Positions 50,711-63,180 of a stretch of DNA of 64,000 nt are shown in pieces. Position 1 is the first letter of the stretch, and every line of letters begins with the position of its first letter. The stretch comes from Sarea resinae (Eukaryota): NCBI GenBank assembly GCA_026026165.1, contig JAPEUD010000028.1, positions 186,001 to 250,000 of the forward strand, written 5' to 3'. The notes under the pieces are model-generated. The model saw only the letters and a list, made by a program, of their open reading frames with translations. It was not told where the DNA came from and searched no databases. The position numbers and the translations under genes were made by a program.

Positions 50711-51466
50711 TCATTCGTGTTTCCCTTTTCCGTATATCCTTTCAAACGTTTCATCGCTCATTTCATAATCGCTTACAAGTCCGTCCGTCCCCTTAGACAG
50801 TCCAGTGACTACCAATGCATCCGTGGGTTTCTCGCCACACCATTTGTCCTGATCAAAAGGACAGGCGCTCCAACCGACGACACAATCCAGCAGAACCTCA
50901 AACTCAACCCAGTCACCCGGCCTCGAACAGTTCAACGGCTTGTTGGCGAAGTATGGCGTGTTCTGAAATATATTGAAAGGCTCCCGGACCTCGGTAAGTC
51001 CTTTCATGCCGAATTCGGAAAAGGCTTCGACCATATTTTGCGCACACGATCGATGGCCTTTCATCCCGCGGTCCTCATACATCTTTGGGAAACACGACAT
51101 CATCGTCATGTCGTGAGTTTTGACCGTGTCGCCTACCAGACGGAGAAGCGGACGGTCCATGTTTGAGTAGATGCACTCGCCAATGGTAATCGGCGTACCT
51201 CTCGTGCGGTGCAATGTGTATGATGGAGAAAGGTGTTCTGCTGAAGCTATCGAGCCATAGGTGAACGGTAGAACAAATGCGCTCATGTCCACAACTTGGA
51301 GACCATGGAGATCAATGAGTCGGAAGATAGTGCCGGCTTTCAGAGCTTCCGCATAGCCATGAGCAGCAGGAATGATGGTTTCGGTTGATTTGGAACGGAA
51401 GTCGAAAATAGAACGTTGTACGTCATCTGTCGCAGAGTGCGACGCTGAAGTGAAAGTCTCCGTCAT
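50711..51466 (-). CDS. DUF1989 / urea-carboxylase-associated family protein
   Basis: IIPAAHG...LKAG..FRLIDLHGLQVVD; IYSNMDRPLL; THDMTMMSC; GHRSCAQNM; PFNIFQN; SRPGDWVEFE; SACPFD. Intronless; TATAAAAA ~60 bp upstream. Confidence 0.85.
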   Translation of the reverse strand: MTETFTSASHSATDDVQRSIFDFRSKSTETIIPAAHGYAEALKAGTIFRLIDLHGLQVVDMSAFVLPFTYGSIASAEHLSPSYTLHRTRGTPITIGECIYSNMDRPLLRLVGDTVKTHDMTMMSCFPKMYEDRGMKGHRSCAQNMVEAFSEFGMKGLTEVREPFNIFQNTPYFANKPLNCSRPGDWVEFEVLLDCVVGWSACPFDQDKWCGEKPTDALVVTGLSKGTDGLVSDYEMSDETFERIYGKGKHE

Positions 51467-53459
51467 AGTAGCTGCGTCTTTTGCGAATGGGAGATACACT
51501 GCTGGACGAGGATGACTGACGGCTTTTTATAAACTTTCGACAAAAATCCACCCTGCCATTGGAATGCCCTGGACTCTTTAAGCTATTAACTACTGCCAAG
51601 TCCCTTATCTTTCCTGTATGGTCGGTCGTTCGAGTGAGTCTCGGACATTACTATGGTATCCCTTCGTCTGGTGAGTACATAGTACGGATACCAACGGATA
51701 TCAACGGATACCAGCTGCGTGACGCTAGCCACTAACGCCGGAGCTCGCCGACAAGATATTCCGTAGCTTCTTCGCTCTCCTCGTAGTATTCAACTCTTCT
51801 CGTATTAACGTCTTATCACCCGCAATTTCGTTAGTCTAAGCTAATCTAGTTGCCGAGCAGCAGGGACCGATACATCTCCTAGCTGTACTTTATTCTAATG
51901 AATTCAGGCTAAGTAGAATTCTCACCAAATAATCTTGAAGTTTAATCCAATAATCAACGCGAAAGAGGATAATGTAGTAGAAGTGCTCAGGAGTATAGAA
52001 TTTTCTAGTCGCAACCAAGTGCAGTGGTCTTATATTCCAACACGAAACATTTACTTGGGTGATTTAGTGATTCGGTCCGAAGTAAATCCCAATCATTAAA
52101 AAATAACCCGTAAATCGCACATTCTAATGGCATCACTAGTGTAATATCTATCAATCTACATGGATTTGGCTGGTGAAGCCATTACAAAATCGGTCAGAGG
52201 TGTGATTCCATGTGACAAGCCACTTGACCATCCCGTGTGATGTTGTCCTGCGACGCGATTTCCAGCGATGTGAATGTAGCTCTTCCCACATGCGGTCAAG
52301 GCATCCTTCATGCTTTGAAGACAGTATCGGGTTGAGGACCGATCGAAGAATGTGGCTTACCAGCGATGGTTGCGGTACTAGTCCGAGGCCATCGCGATCT
52401 TGATGCTCTCGACTTGTGGAAGCCGCCGCCGACCTCGGACGGAACGCGCTTTTCCCCACTTCGGAGAGCATATGGCGCAAATCTGTTAGGATGAAGTAGA
52501 CAGCGATTTGCCCAGTGGCCCGACGGTTCAGCCTTTAGATAGGACCAAACCAGAAAGGCCGGAGTGCAAAATGCAGCAAGAGGAAGGACGGTCCGAAGGC
52601 GAACCTGCCGATCGGCGCAGCTCACATCGTTCTTGCTCTTTTCCGGAAGACTCTAAGCCTCAAGTGTGAACGGGAAGGATCAACGGGTGGGCGGAACGCT
52701 GAGCTGAGGACAGAACCGAGAACGCAGCGATGGGTTCTTCCGACTGGCCTGCGCGACAGATAATGCGTCTAGCGGCGGTAAGGAAGTCTTGGGACCGGGT
52801 TGGCATGTCGTTCAAAGCGACGGCTTGGCTGCGTTTCGGATGCGGAGATTAGCACATCGCCTCCGTCGCGAAGCAAAGCTCATGGCCTAACTCTGGGCAC
52901 GTACGGTCAAGGTTAGCTGTCGCTCACTTTCGCCTTGGCATGCGAAGAGCAAACCTCTCTTGACTCCTCGTCCCTAGTCGTAAACTGCAGATAATCGATC
53001 CGCTAGAGTATCACCATCCCCGCCAGCCATTGACCGATCAAGACTATTGTATTCCATCCACCGCAAGTCTGCGGGCTGACATGCTGATGCCGCCGAAGCC
53101 TGGTCGGAGTCAAGCGTTGTTCGATGGAACGCTGAGTGTCTGCTCGTAGTGCTGATCGAGTGGACTGCTGAATCTAAAACGATGCAATTAGATTGGATGT
53201 TTTGCAGATGGGAGATCTCGACTCAACAGTAAACGTCAGACAAAAGCGCCATGGCGACACCATCCGACAGATGGATGTGGCCATCGGAGTTGGAGGCAGC
53301 CGTGGGTCTGTTGGCATCGTGGCCGGTCCATTGCCCAATGGCTAGAAAGGACGGAAACGCAGGCACTACTAAGAGGTAGGAGCGCGGAAAACAATAAGCA
53401 AGATCTGCGACGAGATTTGCTGTCGGCACCGTGGTTGGAGTTGTTAGACCGAAACGACT

Positions 53460-54050
53460 CACCTTCTCCAGATCATTGTGCTCCGTTCCCTGCCGTGTGA
53501 TGACTGTGAGAGCCCCGGGGCAACCAAGCAGTTTATCGTGGTGGATGACATCGACGGCGACGTCATTTGCGATTGCGAAACCTCGTCAGTAGTTCGGCCG
53601 GAGAGCCGGCGGGCCATTCTCCGAGACCTGGCACGATGAGCGCTGCTCTGTGGCCTGGTCTGTGGCATGGCCTGTAGCATGATGAGGTTCAGCCCAGAGA
53701 CTTTGAAGAGCAATACGTAAAGATTGCACTTACCTCACCCATGGTAATGGACCGACCGGTGACAAACACATGTATGAGATATGATGCTGGAGGCACAAAT
53801 GGCTGGACATTGACGCTGGAACCTTCCGCATTACGAGCCGGCAATGACTACGGGTTGGAAAGACCCTTGACTTCAGGACCGGAATGGCAGAAGCTGGAGG
53901 GCTAAAGATGGGTTTGGATGGCGGCATCAGTATCGTCCAAGTCCACGGCGTCTGGCCGTGCAGCGGCTTTGTTGAAGCCTTGGAATAAACGTGCGGAGAC
54001 AGCGACGGCGATGTCGGTTGCCGATGCAACAGGAATCCGGTCTGCGACTC
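53460..54050 (-). pseudogene. Probable spliced pseudogene fragment of unknown family
   Basis: GTAAGT donor at ~53733, CTACAG acceptor at ~53672 and GTGAGT donor at ~53462. The protein-like frame (VADRIPVASATDIAVAVSARLFQGF...) has two TAG stops and the next exon appears frameshifted. Confidence 0.35.
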
Positions 54051-55218
54051 GGTCAGGTATCACTTCCTGATTGGCAGAATCAAATTAGTGAGCTTCGTAT
54101 GCCACCGAGAGAGCCGTAGGTAGAGAGGAACTTGCTTTGGCGACGCTGGTGGGTGGACCGGTCAGAGGAAAGAGTGTGGCACTGAATAGAAGATAGTGTT
54201 GAGTACTGTCCGGATCATCAGGTGGGTTTACCGGCCAGTTCCTGCTGATGGGATTCGGATCGGAGCAGCGGGCTGGGCTGGACTCAAGGAAAGTTGGAAG
54301 GATGCGTGATCCAGCTCCGATGCGATTGTCTGCCTCACGAGGTCGTGCAGGCCAGCACTGATCGAGACAGGCTGCTTATCGTGTGTCTGTTCCTGGTTCG
54401 CGGGCGATTGTAGCGGATGCTCCGAGGCATGATGAAAACCAATAGGCATCGTGAGAGTAATGGGCGGAGGGTGCAGAGACTCTATCGGAAGCGGTCAGTA
54501 TACCGGCATTTGTAGAAGATAGGAAACACTGACAGATAGGTCGTCTGGGATCGATGGATGATCCGAGTAGAGGCAGGCGTTGCGGCAACGGCGATGGCGA
54601 CGGACAACCGATCCAGCAATGGATTGAGAAGAATGCAGCGAGTGCTGGCGACAAAGCCGGACATTTTGAGCGGAGGAGACAAAGCGATAATCTGACATAC
54701 CTTTCCTGTCAGCTTGTAACATGGTGCGCTAGACTGGGGGCATGAGCATCACAATCGAAGAGCAGACGTTGCTTCCATGGACCGAAGTGTAAAGCATCAA
54801 TGACGACCAAGCGTGCTCTTCTTTCAGTTGTCGAATGAAGAAGAGCGATTCGAGCTAGTATAGAGGAGCGAAACGTTTCTGTGCCATGGTAAACGATGAT
54901 AGAAAGATGAGCAGATATGAGCGTTGACACTGCGAAGATGGGAGAAAACAAGCCTTGATGGAGGCGTCAGGAATCCCTCGACAAATTGCATATGGTACTA
55001 GGTAGATATCCGAATTGATGTGCGGCATGTGGACTGAGGTTGGCGGAAGGGAGAGGGTCGAAGCTGCGATCGAAGCCGCGATCTCACACAAGGGAGCAAA
55101 ACCAAAACCGGAAAGAACGAACGAACGATCGAAAGACGTACAACGCACATGAGGCAACGTCCTACGCGGATGCACCAAGCCTCAAGTACTTGCTCAGATA
55201 CAGCGTATGCCGATCAAT

Positions 55219-55863
55219 AATATACACAGGATGTAGGTTAGGATTAGAAGTTTTCACAGTCGGTCAGGATTTTCTAACCACGATAACTCTACAACTACAC
55301 ATTGTATAGAGATGATTTTGCGACAAGTTCTATTCTAATTTAATGACTCTAAAGATCTATTACATTGTTATATAATTATTTGTTATACGCAATGAGATAC
55401 ACTAGTGTAAGTGTAAAGAAGCTAATTCTATAAGTTTCTTAGGGTAGAAGGTAGCTATATATAATTTCTTACTTATACTTCTTATTTTATTTCTCTCTAG
55501 TTGCTTATATTTTTATTATCTCTCTCTAATATATATAGGATATAGGTTAGGATTAGAAGTTTTTATAGTTAGGATTTTCTAACTATACTAACTCTATAAC
55601 TACATATTATATAGAGATAATTTTATAGTAAGTTCTATTTTAATTTAATAACTCTAAAGATCTATTATATTATTATATAATTATTTGTTATATATAATAA
55701 GATACACTAGTATAAGTGTAAAGAAGCTAATTCTATAAGTTTCTTAGAGTAGAAAGTAGCTATATATAGTTTCTTACTTATATTTCTTGTTTTATCTCTC
55801 TCTAATTACTTATATTTCTTATTTTATTTCTCTCTAGTTGCTTATATTCTTATTATCTACTCT
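55219..55863. repeat. Tandem duplication of a ~309-bp unit
   Basis: Copy 1 starts at ~55219 (aatatacacaggatgtaggttaggattagaag) and copy 2 at ~55528 (aatatatataggatataggttaggattagaag). They are colinear throughout. Confidence 0.92.
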
Positions 55864-56326
55864 TAAATCTTAAGTCTAATCTAAACTAATTCTTTTTAAC
55901 TAGAATCTATATTCTTATAGTATCTAATATACTATACCTTCTAAATATAGACGCTCTAAGAAATATAATTAAAGAGAAGCTATAGGCTGCTTAGTAAGTG
56001 TCTTACCTAAGGTTATACTATAAAGAAAAATCTGTTTAAAAAGAAGTGCTACTAAAGAAGGCTTTAAATTCCTAACTATATTGCACTAGCTAAAGACATT
56101 GTCTTTCTACTAATCTTTACCTCTTTAAGGCATTAAACTAAGCCTAAGTAAGAATTAACAGTGTTTTCTTAACAGTGTTTTTACACCTATTAAAAAACGC
56201 TCTCTACCTACTAACCTAACTACTTTAATAGCTGCTTTAATCCTTACCTATACACTTACTCTTTGTTTATTTAATTACTAGCTTACTAGCATTAATTTCC
56301 TACTCTTAGAGTTGCTCTATCTCTAA

Positions 56327-59176
56327 CTACATTACAGCTAGCAATTCTACTAGGATTAAAGAGATATACTAGGTATATACTCTAACTACCTAGCCTTTAA
56401 TTAGCTTGCCCTACTAGTAGAAAGTAGGATTAAGTAGAGTAGGATTAAGCAATTGCTATTATATTAAAATCGCCTCTTAACACTGCTAGCTGTATCTCTA
56501 ACCCTTAAAGAGCTGTCTTTCTATAGCACTTAATTAATTATCTCTTACTATTAATACTGTTTAGGCTTGCTTAACTCTCTAGAGTTATACTTAACCTTAG
56601 TTAGAGCTACTTTCTACTTATACCTCTAACTATATCGCTGCTAAGCGACTAAGTAAGTAAGCAGGCACGCCTTAAGTAACCTCTAGTAGTAGCTCTAGGT
56701 AACTCTTAGTAGCTATAGCTACTTTTTTTAAAATAGCAACTAAATAACTAACTAACTAGTTAAGCACGCCTTAGGTAACTCTTTATAACACTTTAAAAGA
56801 AGTAAGCCTTAGTAGTATCCTAACTATATAGCTAGTCACTATCCTATCTAATACAGCTGTTTAACAATTAAACTTCTAGATAGTCTAGTAGAAAAACCTC
56901 TCTCTAGGCTGTAAGCGCTTTGCCTGCTCTACTTGCTAGCTGTTTAGCTAGCTAGGCTAGCAAAATAATAAATAATCCTAAGTAAGTGTCTAGTTTTTAT
57001 TTGTTAACTGCCTAGCAGCGCGCGCGCGTCGCTTATTAGCTAGCCTAGCTAGTAGAAAGTGTAATTAAAGTAGTGTATAGGATTAAGCTAATATAAAACT
57101 AGTAAGACATTGTATCTAACACTGCTAGCCTAATCTCTAACTTGTAGGTAGTAGCCTTTCTATATATATAACTAGATTTAATTATCTTCTACTACTATTA
57201 GAGCTGTTCTAGTATGCTTAACCTCTTAGAGTTATAAGGCTTTAGTTAGAGCTACTTTTAACTTATACCTTTTACTAAATCTCTTTAGTTAGTTATAGTA
57301 AGAGCGCGCGCGCCCTCTAACTATCTATTACTATTACTATAGCAGTTGTAGTAGCTGCTACTACTATAACTATTATAATAAACTAACTAGTCTATAAACT
57401 AGATTATTAGGTGCTACTATACTAGCAATATAGTTATGCGATTTAGAACCTTAACTAGTATCTTAAGTATTATTATAGTATATTAGTAAAGCAGCAGCAG
57501 CTAATTGTAGCTAGCCTATATAATTATATCCTTACTTAACTATAAGATATCTAATTACTACTAGTTAATAGCTAGTTGTTTCTAGTATTAGAAACGCTAC
57601 TAGACACCTTTTAATACAATAATTTTAACTAATATCACTATATTAGTGTTAGTTAACTAGTAATACAAAAGCATTACAATAAGCAGCACTACTAGCAAGC
57701 TAGCTAGCTGAAAAAAGCAACACATTAGCACTTAGTAAGAGTGTAGACCTTCTTTAATAGCTGTAGACTACAGCAATATTTCTCTATACAGCTGCTACTA
57801 GCAGATTAAAGAGAGTATACTTTCTCTTTCTCTTTCTCTTTCTTTTCTTCTTCTTCTTCTTTTAACTCTAAGCTAGGCTGCTTAACTAGGTTGCCTATAT
57901 AGTTAAGTTATAAAAATACTAATATAGTAAGCTAGATCTAGTGTGAATTTAATGCTTAGCAAGCTATATATAAGTAAAGTTAGGCTCTAATTAAGAGTAA
58001 AGTGTAGAAGACTAATTAGACTAGCTAGTTTAGTTGTATAGGCTAGCTAGCCTACCTAGGCTATTAGAATATAGCGCACTTTCTCTATACTAGTAAGCTT
58101 TTAAACTAGCGACTTAGGTAGTAGTAGTAGCAGCAGCGCTTAGAGTAAGATTTTAATTATATCTTAAGCTAAGTAGCTAAAGTTACTTAACTAATAATTA
58201 AGCGCTATATAGCTAGGCTAGCTACTCTACTACTTAAGCTCTACTACTAGCTGTGTAGTAAGAAGCGCACTAAAGTACACTAGCAGCTATAAGCTTAGCT
58301 GTATAGCAATAAGGCCTAGGCATACTATACTAACTATTAAGCGTGTCTAATCTGCTATTACTTATATATCTTTACCTACTACACTTTTACTACAACTAAT
58401 AATAATAACAATGCATTTAATATATAGCTAAAAGATGCTAATAAATTGCTGTATCTAATAGCAAAGTAGAATAAGCGCTTATAGGCTATCTAAGAGTTAC
58501 TTAAGCTAGATAGTAATAAGTCCTAGTAGGTTAACTATATACTAGCCTTCTTATAAGCGCTAATCTTTTACCTATCTGCATTGCAGCTACTAATCCTACT
58601 AGGATTAAAGAGATGTACTAGGTATATACCTCTACTACCTAGCCTTTAATTAGCCTACCTTGCTAGTAGAAAGTAGGATTAAGCAGAGTAAGATTAAGCA
58701 ATTGCTAGCGCGTCGAAATCGCCCTCTAACGCTGCTAGCTGTATCTCTAACCCTTAAGCAGCTGCCTTTCTATAGCACTTAATTAATTATCTCCTCTTAT
58801 TAATACTGTTTAGGCCTGCGCAACTCTCTAGGGTTATACTTAACCTTAGTTAGGGCTACCTTCTACTTGTACCCCTAACTGTATCGCTACTAAGCGACTA
58901 AGCGAGTAAGCAAGCAGGCGTGCCCTAGGTAACCCCTAGTAGTAGCCCTAGGTAACTCTCTTAGTAGCTATAGCTACTTTTTTTAAAATAGCAACTAAGC
59001 AACTAACTAACTAGTTAAGCGCGCCCTAGGTAACCTCTTATAGCACCTTAAGAGAAGCAAGCCTTAGTAGTATCCTAATTGTATAGCTAGTCGCTATCCT
59101 ATCTAATGCAGCTGTTTAACAATTAAACTTCTAGATAGTCTAGCAGAAAAACTTCTCTCTAGGCTGCAAGTGCTTT
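56327..59176. repeat. Dispersed direct repeat of ~600 bp (56327-56920 and 58576-59176), partial third copy at ~57210-57275
   Basis: Colinear shared text, e.g. ctactaggattaaagagat..., aaagtaggattaag, and aacaattaaacttctagatagtctag. Confidence 0.9.
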
Positions 59177-59234
59177 CTAAGTATAGCCCTGCTGCTAAAT
59201 CGCAACTGACTAACTAACTAACTAATTAAGCGCG

Positions 59235-59313
59235 CCCTAGGTAACCCCTTATAGCATCCCTAGGTAACCCCTTATATTATCTCTAGGTAACTCTTTGTAG
59301 CATCCTTAGGTAA
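59235..59313. repeat. 23-bp tandem repeat (CCCTAGGTAACCCCTTATAGCAT) x~3.5
   Basis: Direct reading; the same CCCTAGGTAAC motif recurs inside the 600-bp repeats. Confidence 0.85.
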
Positions 59314-59564
59314 CTACAACTATATGTTTAAGGTTAGACGTTTTTTTCAGGTTAGACAACTACACCTATATCTTAAGATATTAAGCGATAATATACTAAA
59401 TTAAGATCTTCCTAATCTTTCTATCTAATTAGAATTCTAAAATTCTTTCTAGATAGTTGTATATAGAGGATTAAAAACAAGAGGTTTTATAGATTCTAAC
59501 GTTTTGTTAGGGTAACTAGGATTATTAAGCGAATTTAAGCGAATCTTAGGTACTTTGTACCTAG

Positions 59565-60146
59565 GAGATATCCTTAAACATTTTTTTAGGATACGCCTAG
59601 ATCTTTAAACATTCTTTTAAGATACGCCTAGATCTTTAAACATTCTTTTAAGATACACCTAGATCCTTAAACATTCTTTCTAGATACGCCTAGATCCTTA
59701 AAGATTCTTTTAGGATACGCTAGATCCTTAAAGATTTTTTCGCGATCTTTTACACTTGCAAAATATCCTTAAACATTCTTTTAAGATACACCTAGATCTT
59801 TAAACATTCTTTCTAGATACGCTAGATCCTTAAAGATTTTTTCGCGATCTTTTACGCTTGCAAAATATCCTTAAACATTCTTTAAGGATACACTTAGATC
59901 CTTAAACATTCTTTTAGGATACGCCTAGATCCTTAAAGATTTTTTCGCAATCTTTTACGCTTGCAAAATATCCTTAAACATTCTTTTAAGATACACCTAG
60001 ATCCTTAAACATTCTTTCTAGATACACTAGATCCTTAAACATTCTTTTAAGATACTCTAGATCCTTAAACATTCTTTTAGGATACGCTAGATCCTTAAAG
60101 ATTCTTTTAAGATATTCTATATCCTAAAACGTTCTTTAAGAATATT
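59565..60146. repeat. Minisatellite of ~18 units: 30-31-bp AGATCCTTAAACATTCTTTTAAGATACGCCT plus three ~41-bp variants
   Basis: Units counted by eye; the long variant reads AGATCCTTAAAGATTTTTTCGCGATCTTTTACGCTTGCAAA. Confidence 0.93.
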
Positions 60147-60299
60147 TTGTCTGTACTATTTTACTTAGGGAAATATTTGTTTGCGCTGTTTAACAATGTC
60201 TTAGTCTATTTGTCTTAGACTAGTTATCTAGCTTTAATGTACTAGAACACACATCACTAAACACAAAGCATTCTAGTGCAGTTATATATCTTACTCTAG

Positions 60300-60780
60300 A
60301 GATTATAACAGCTGTGCTTGCACTATATCTAAGACGTCTTAAACTTAACAGTAGCATTCTCTCTCTTCTAGCGCAGGTCGCTAATCTTTTCTCTAAGTTT
60401 TGCCTACTTCTATAAGCCTAGGATTATCTAGAACCTAGCATAGAGAATAAGACTTTTTAGGTCCTCTAAAGCATCCTCCTATAATTAGCTCCTCTTTATT
60501 AGTCGCATAACACATTGCTTCTTCTTAGGACTTATAAAATAGCGTTTGTAATGCATAATAATTGTTGCAGGCTATGACATGCTAATATGTTTAAATAGTT
60601 AGGTAGAGAGAAAGCGCAGGCTAATGTTCTTAGAGTAGAGGTGATATTCCTAGTTTTGTTAAACTAGCCTTTTACTAAAGATCTATTAGAGCTTTTTATT
60701 TGTCTTAAGAAAGGCAAACATGTCTGCGTTCTTAGGCGCGAGTTTAACTTTAGTAGGTATGTCCTTAAGGTATTAGTTAC
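60300..60780 (-). pseudogene. RIP-destroyed ORF of unknown family
   Basis: One continuous frame (YLKDIPTKVKLAPKNADMFAFLKT...EYHLY...MHYKRYF...EDALED...) whose stops are all TAA/TAG, as expected from mutated Gln/Arg/Trp codons. Confidence 0.5.
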
Positions 60781-62119
60781 AGATGTTTGCAATAATATAG
60801 TTTAGCAACTATACTAGAGTGATGCTATTTAATAATAAGTAAAAATAAGGAAGACAATTATATCTGTAAGATCTTACTGCTTGCTTAGGACTTGCTCTAC
60901 TATATAACTAGTTTTACTAGTATAAGGCCTGAGTTTAGTACTTGTCTTGTTATAGATCACGTTAGAATGCTGCTTAATAGATAAAGAATTAGAAACATTG
61001 CTTACTTATCCTATATAACCCTAAAAGACATAAGCTTTAGCTTAATAATAACCTGCTTCTATTGCTAAACATTAGAATTACTATACTAATATTAGGATTA
61101 CTATCTTAGAGAGGATACTGTATAGATATATATCTTGCTAAGAACTTTTCTAAAAGACATACTGTCTTAGTAAAGGTGATAGATAAGGTAGATAAGGTAG
61201 ATAAGAATTTTTAATAGTGTTTGTTAGTTAATAGGTAGTAGCGCAGCAATATATGTTTATATTCTTAGTTTGTCTAGAACGCGTCTAGCTTGCTGTCCTT
61301 TTATATGTGTAGGTCGCACCTTAGTAAGAAGTGTGATCTTACACGCGCTTGCATTTACCTTAGTCACTAAGTCTATATACTAGAATATCTCTTACATGAA
61401 ATCTAAGCGACTAGGTCGCTAAGTTTATATACAGAGTAGTCTCTTAAGCGAATTCTAAGCGAAAGAACGTTGATTCACCTATACTACTAGATTTTAAGAT
61501 ACTAGGAATCTAGAAACCTTTTGCTTTTAATTAAACGCACTAGGTTGCCTTATAAGCACTTACTTCTATCTATTACACTTATAAGTAAGTAGAATATAAC
61601 TGCACTTTTACTAGTTGTTATTGCATTACTTCTTATACTAGAGTCTATTCTAAAACAATTGCTATAGATCTTACACTAGCCTTTGTTAACTTATTAACTA
61701 TTTCTTATTAGCCCTCTTTTCTTACCTACTATAACAGAGTCTAACCTCTACTATCCTTATAGTCTAAGTCTCTACCTTTTGCTAACTAGATATCTATAAT
61801 AAATTGCAATCCTTTACACACTGCTAGGTGTAGTAGGGTTAGTCTAAACCTATTAGCTTGCCTCTAGTTTGCACCTCTATCTAACAACTTCTTAACAGAC
61901 TCTTAATCGCCTGCAAGTGCTATGTATATTAGAGGCGTCCTCCTTATACTATCCTCTTTTCCTACATTGCTATACTCCTCTTGCTATAAGATTAGGTGTA
62001 TAGTTAACACATACCCTTATCTAGCTGCTAGTAGAACAGAGAAAGCCTCTCTTAGGTCTTTCTTATCTACTTAAAGTGTATGCTGACTAGGTAATAGCTA
62101 TTGTTTCTCACGCTGTCGC

Positions 62120-63180
62120 GCTTTTCTATTAGCGTCTATTAATTGCTAAACAATATCTAGATAGCCTTGCTTAGCTGTATAGAAAAGCAGTGGCTATAGT
62201 CTCCTAACTCTAATTAGAGCTATATTAATGTCTTAATATCCTAGGAGCTGCGCTACTATATAAACATAACCTTTCTTAGCTGTATATAATAGAGCAGTTT
62301 AGTTCTAGTAGCCTGCTATTATATTAATCTTAATACCCTGTGTCTTTCTTTCTAATAGCTATTTCACTACCTCCTTATAACTGTTTAGTGCGGCATGCAT
62401 TAGGGGAGTAATTCTATCCTTATTAGCTTAATTTATATCTCTTTCTACTTGCGCTAACAGAACTACTATATCCTAGTGACTGTTTTCCGCCGCTTAGGTA
62501 AGAGAGGTGTTGCTATAAAGATCTACTATATCTAGAACACTATTATCCTACTACAACATATAACTAATAATATCTCTATGCCCTTTTCGCGCTACTAGAG
62601 AAAGTAGGACCTCTTATAAGAATCTGTAACGTTCCTTAAGAATTAATACTCGATGTCTATTAATTAGAAGGTCTAGTATTATAATATAGCCTTCCTATAC
62701 TGCCTAATAAACTAGTGTCTAGCCTTAGACGTTAATAGAGTCAAGCTTAACTATGTCCTAACTAAGGATTTCCTCTACTACATGTCTTAGGCCTTGCTTT
62801 ACTACCTATAATAAGACTTGCATCCTATTCCTAGCTTGTACTCTAAGGTCTAGATGCAGCTGTAGATGTAAGAGTAGTATTGCAATCTCCTTATTCCTTT
62901 AAGCAGCGGCTGTGTTTAGAGCGCTGCTAAAATATCCGCCTAGTGTCACTAGATTAGCTTGAAATTATAGGAGAGTGTAGACTATCGCCTTTGATCCTCG
63001 CGCAGCCGCGGCCTAAAGGGCAGATCTATAGAATCTGCACTAGATATTAGTGTCTGCTCCTTTCTCTAGCAGCATTCAAACCTTAGCGTCTTTATTCTCT
63101 ACTGCATATATATAGAGAGAGGTGCTAAAACACATGTTAATAGTATTAATCTCTTTATGCTAGAGGTAGTTGTTTGTAAG
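62120..63180 (-). pseudogene. RIP-destroyed ankyrin-repeat protein gene (probably extends both ways)
   Basis: Minus-strand translation gives MLLEKGADTNI*CRFYRSAL*AAAARGSKAIV, GGYFSSALNTAAA, YSNTSLT*AAENSH*DIVVLL, DRITPLMHAALNSYKEVVK*LL, TALLYTAKKGYVYIVAQLL and LFYTAKQGYLDIV*QL. Confidence 0.88.

Noticed and set aside
59565..60146. CRISPR-like appearance of ~30-bp repeats
   Set aside because: Units are contiguous with no unique spacers, there are no cas genes, and the context is eukaryotic.
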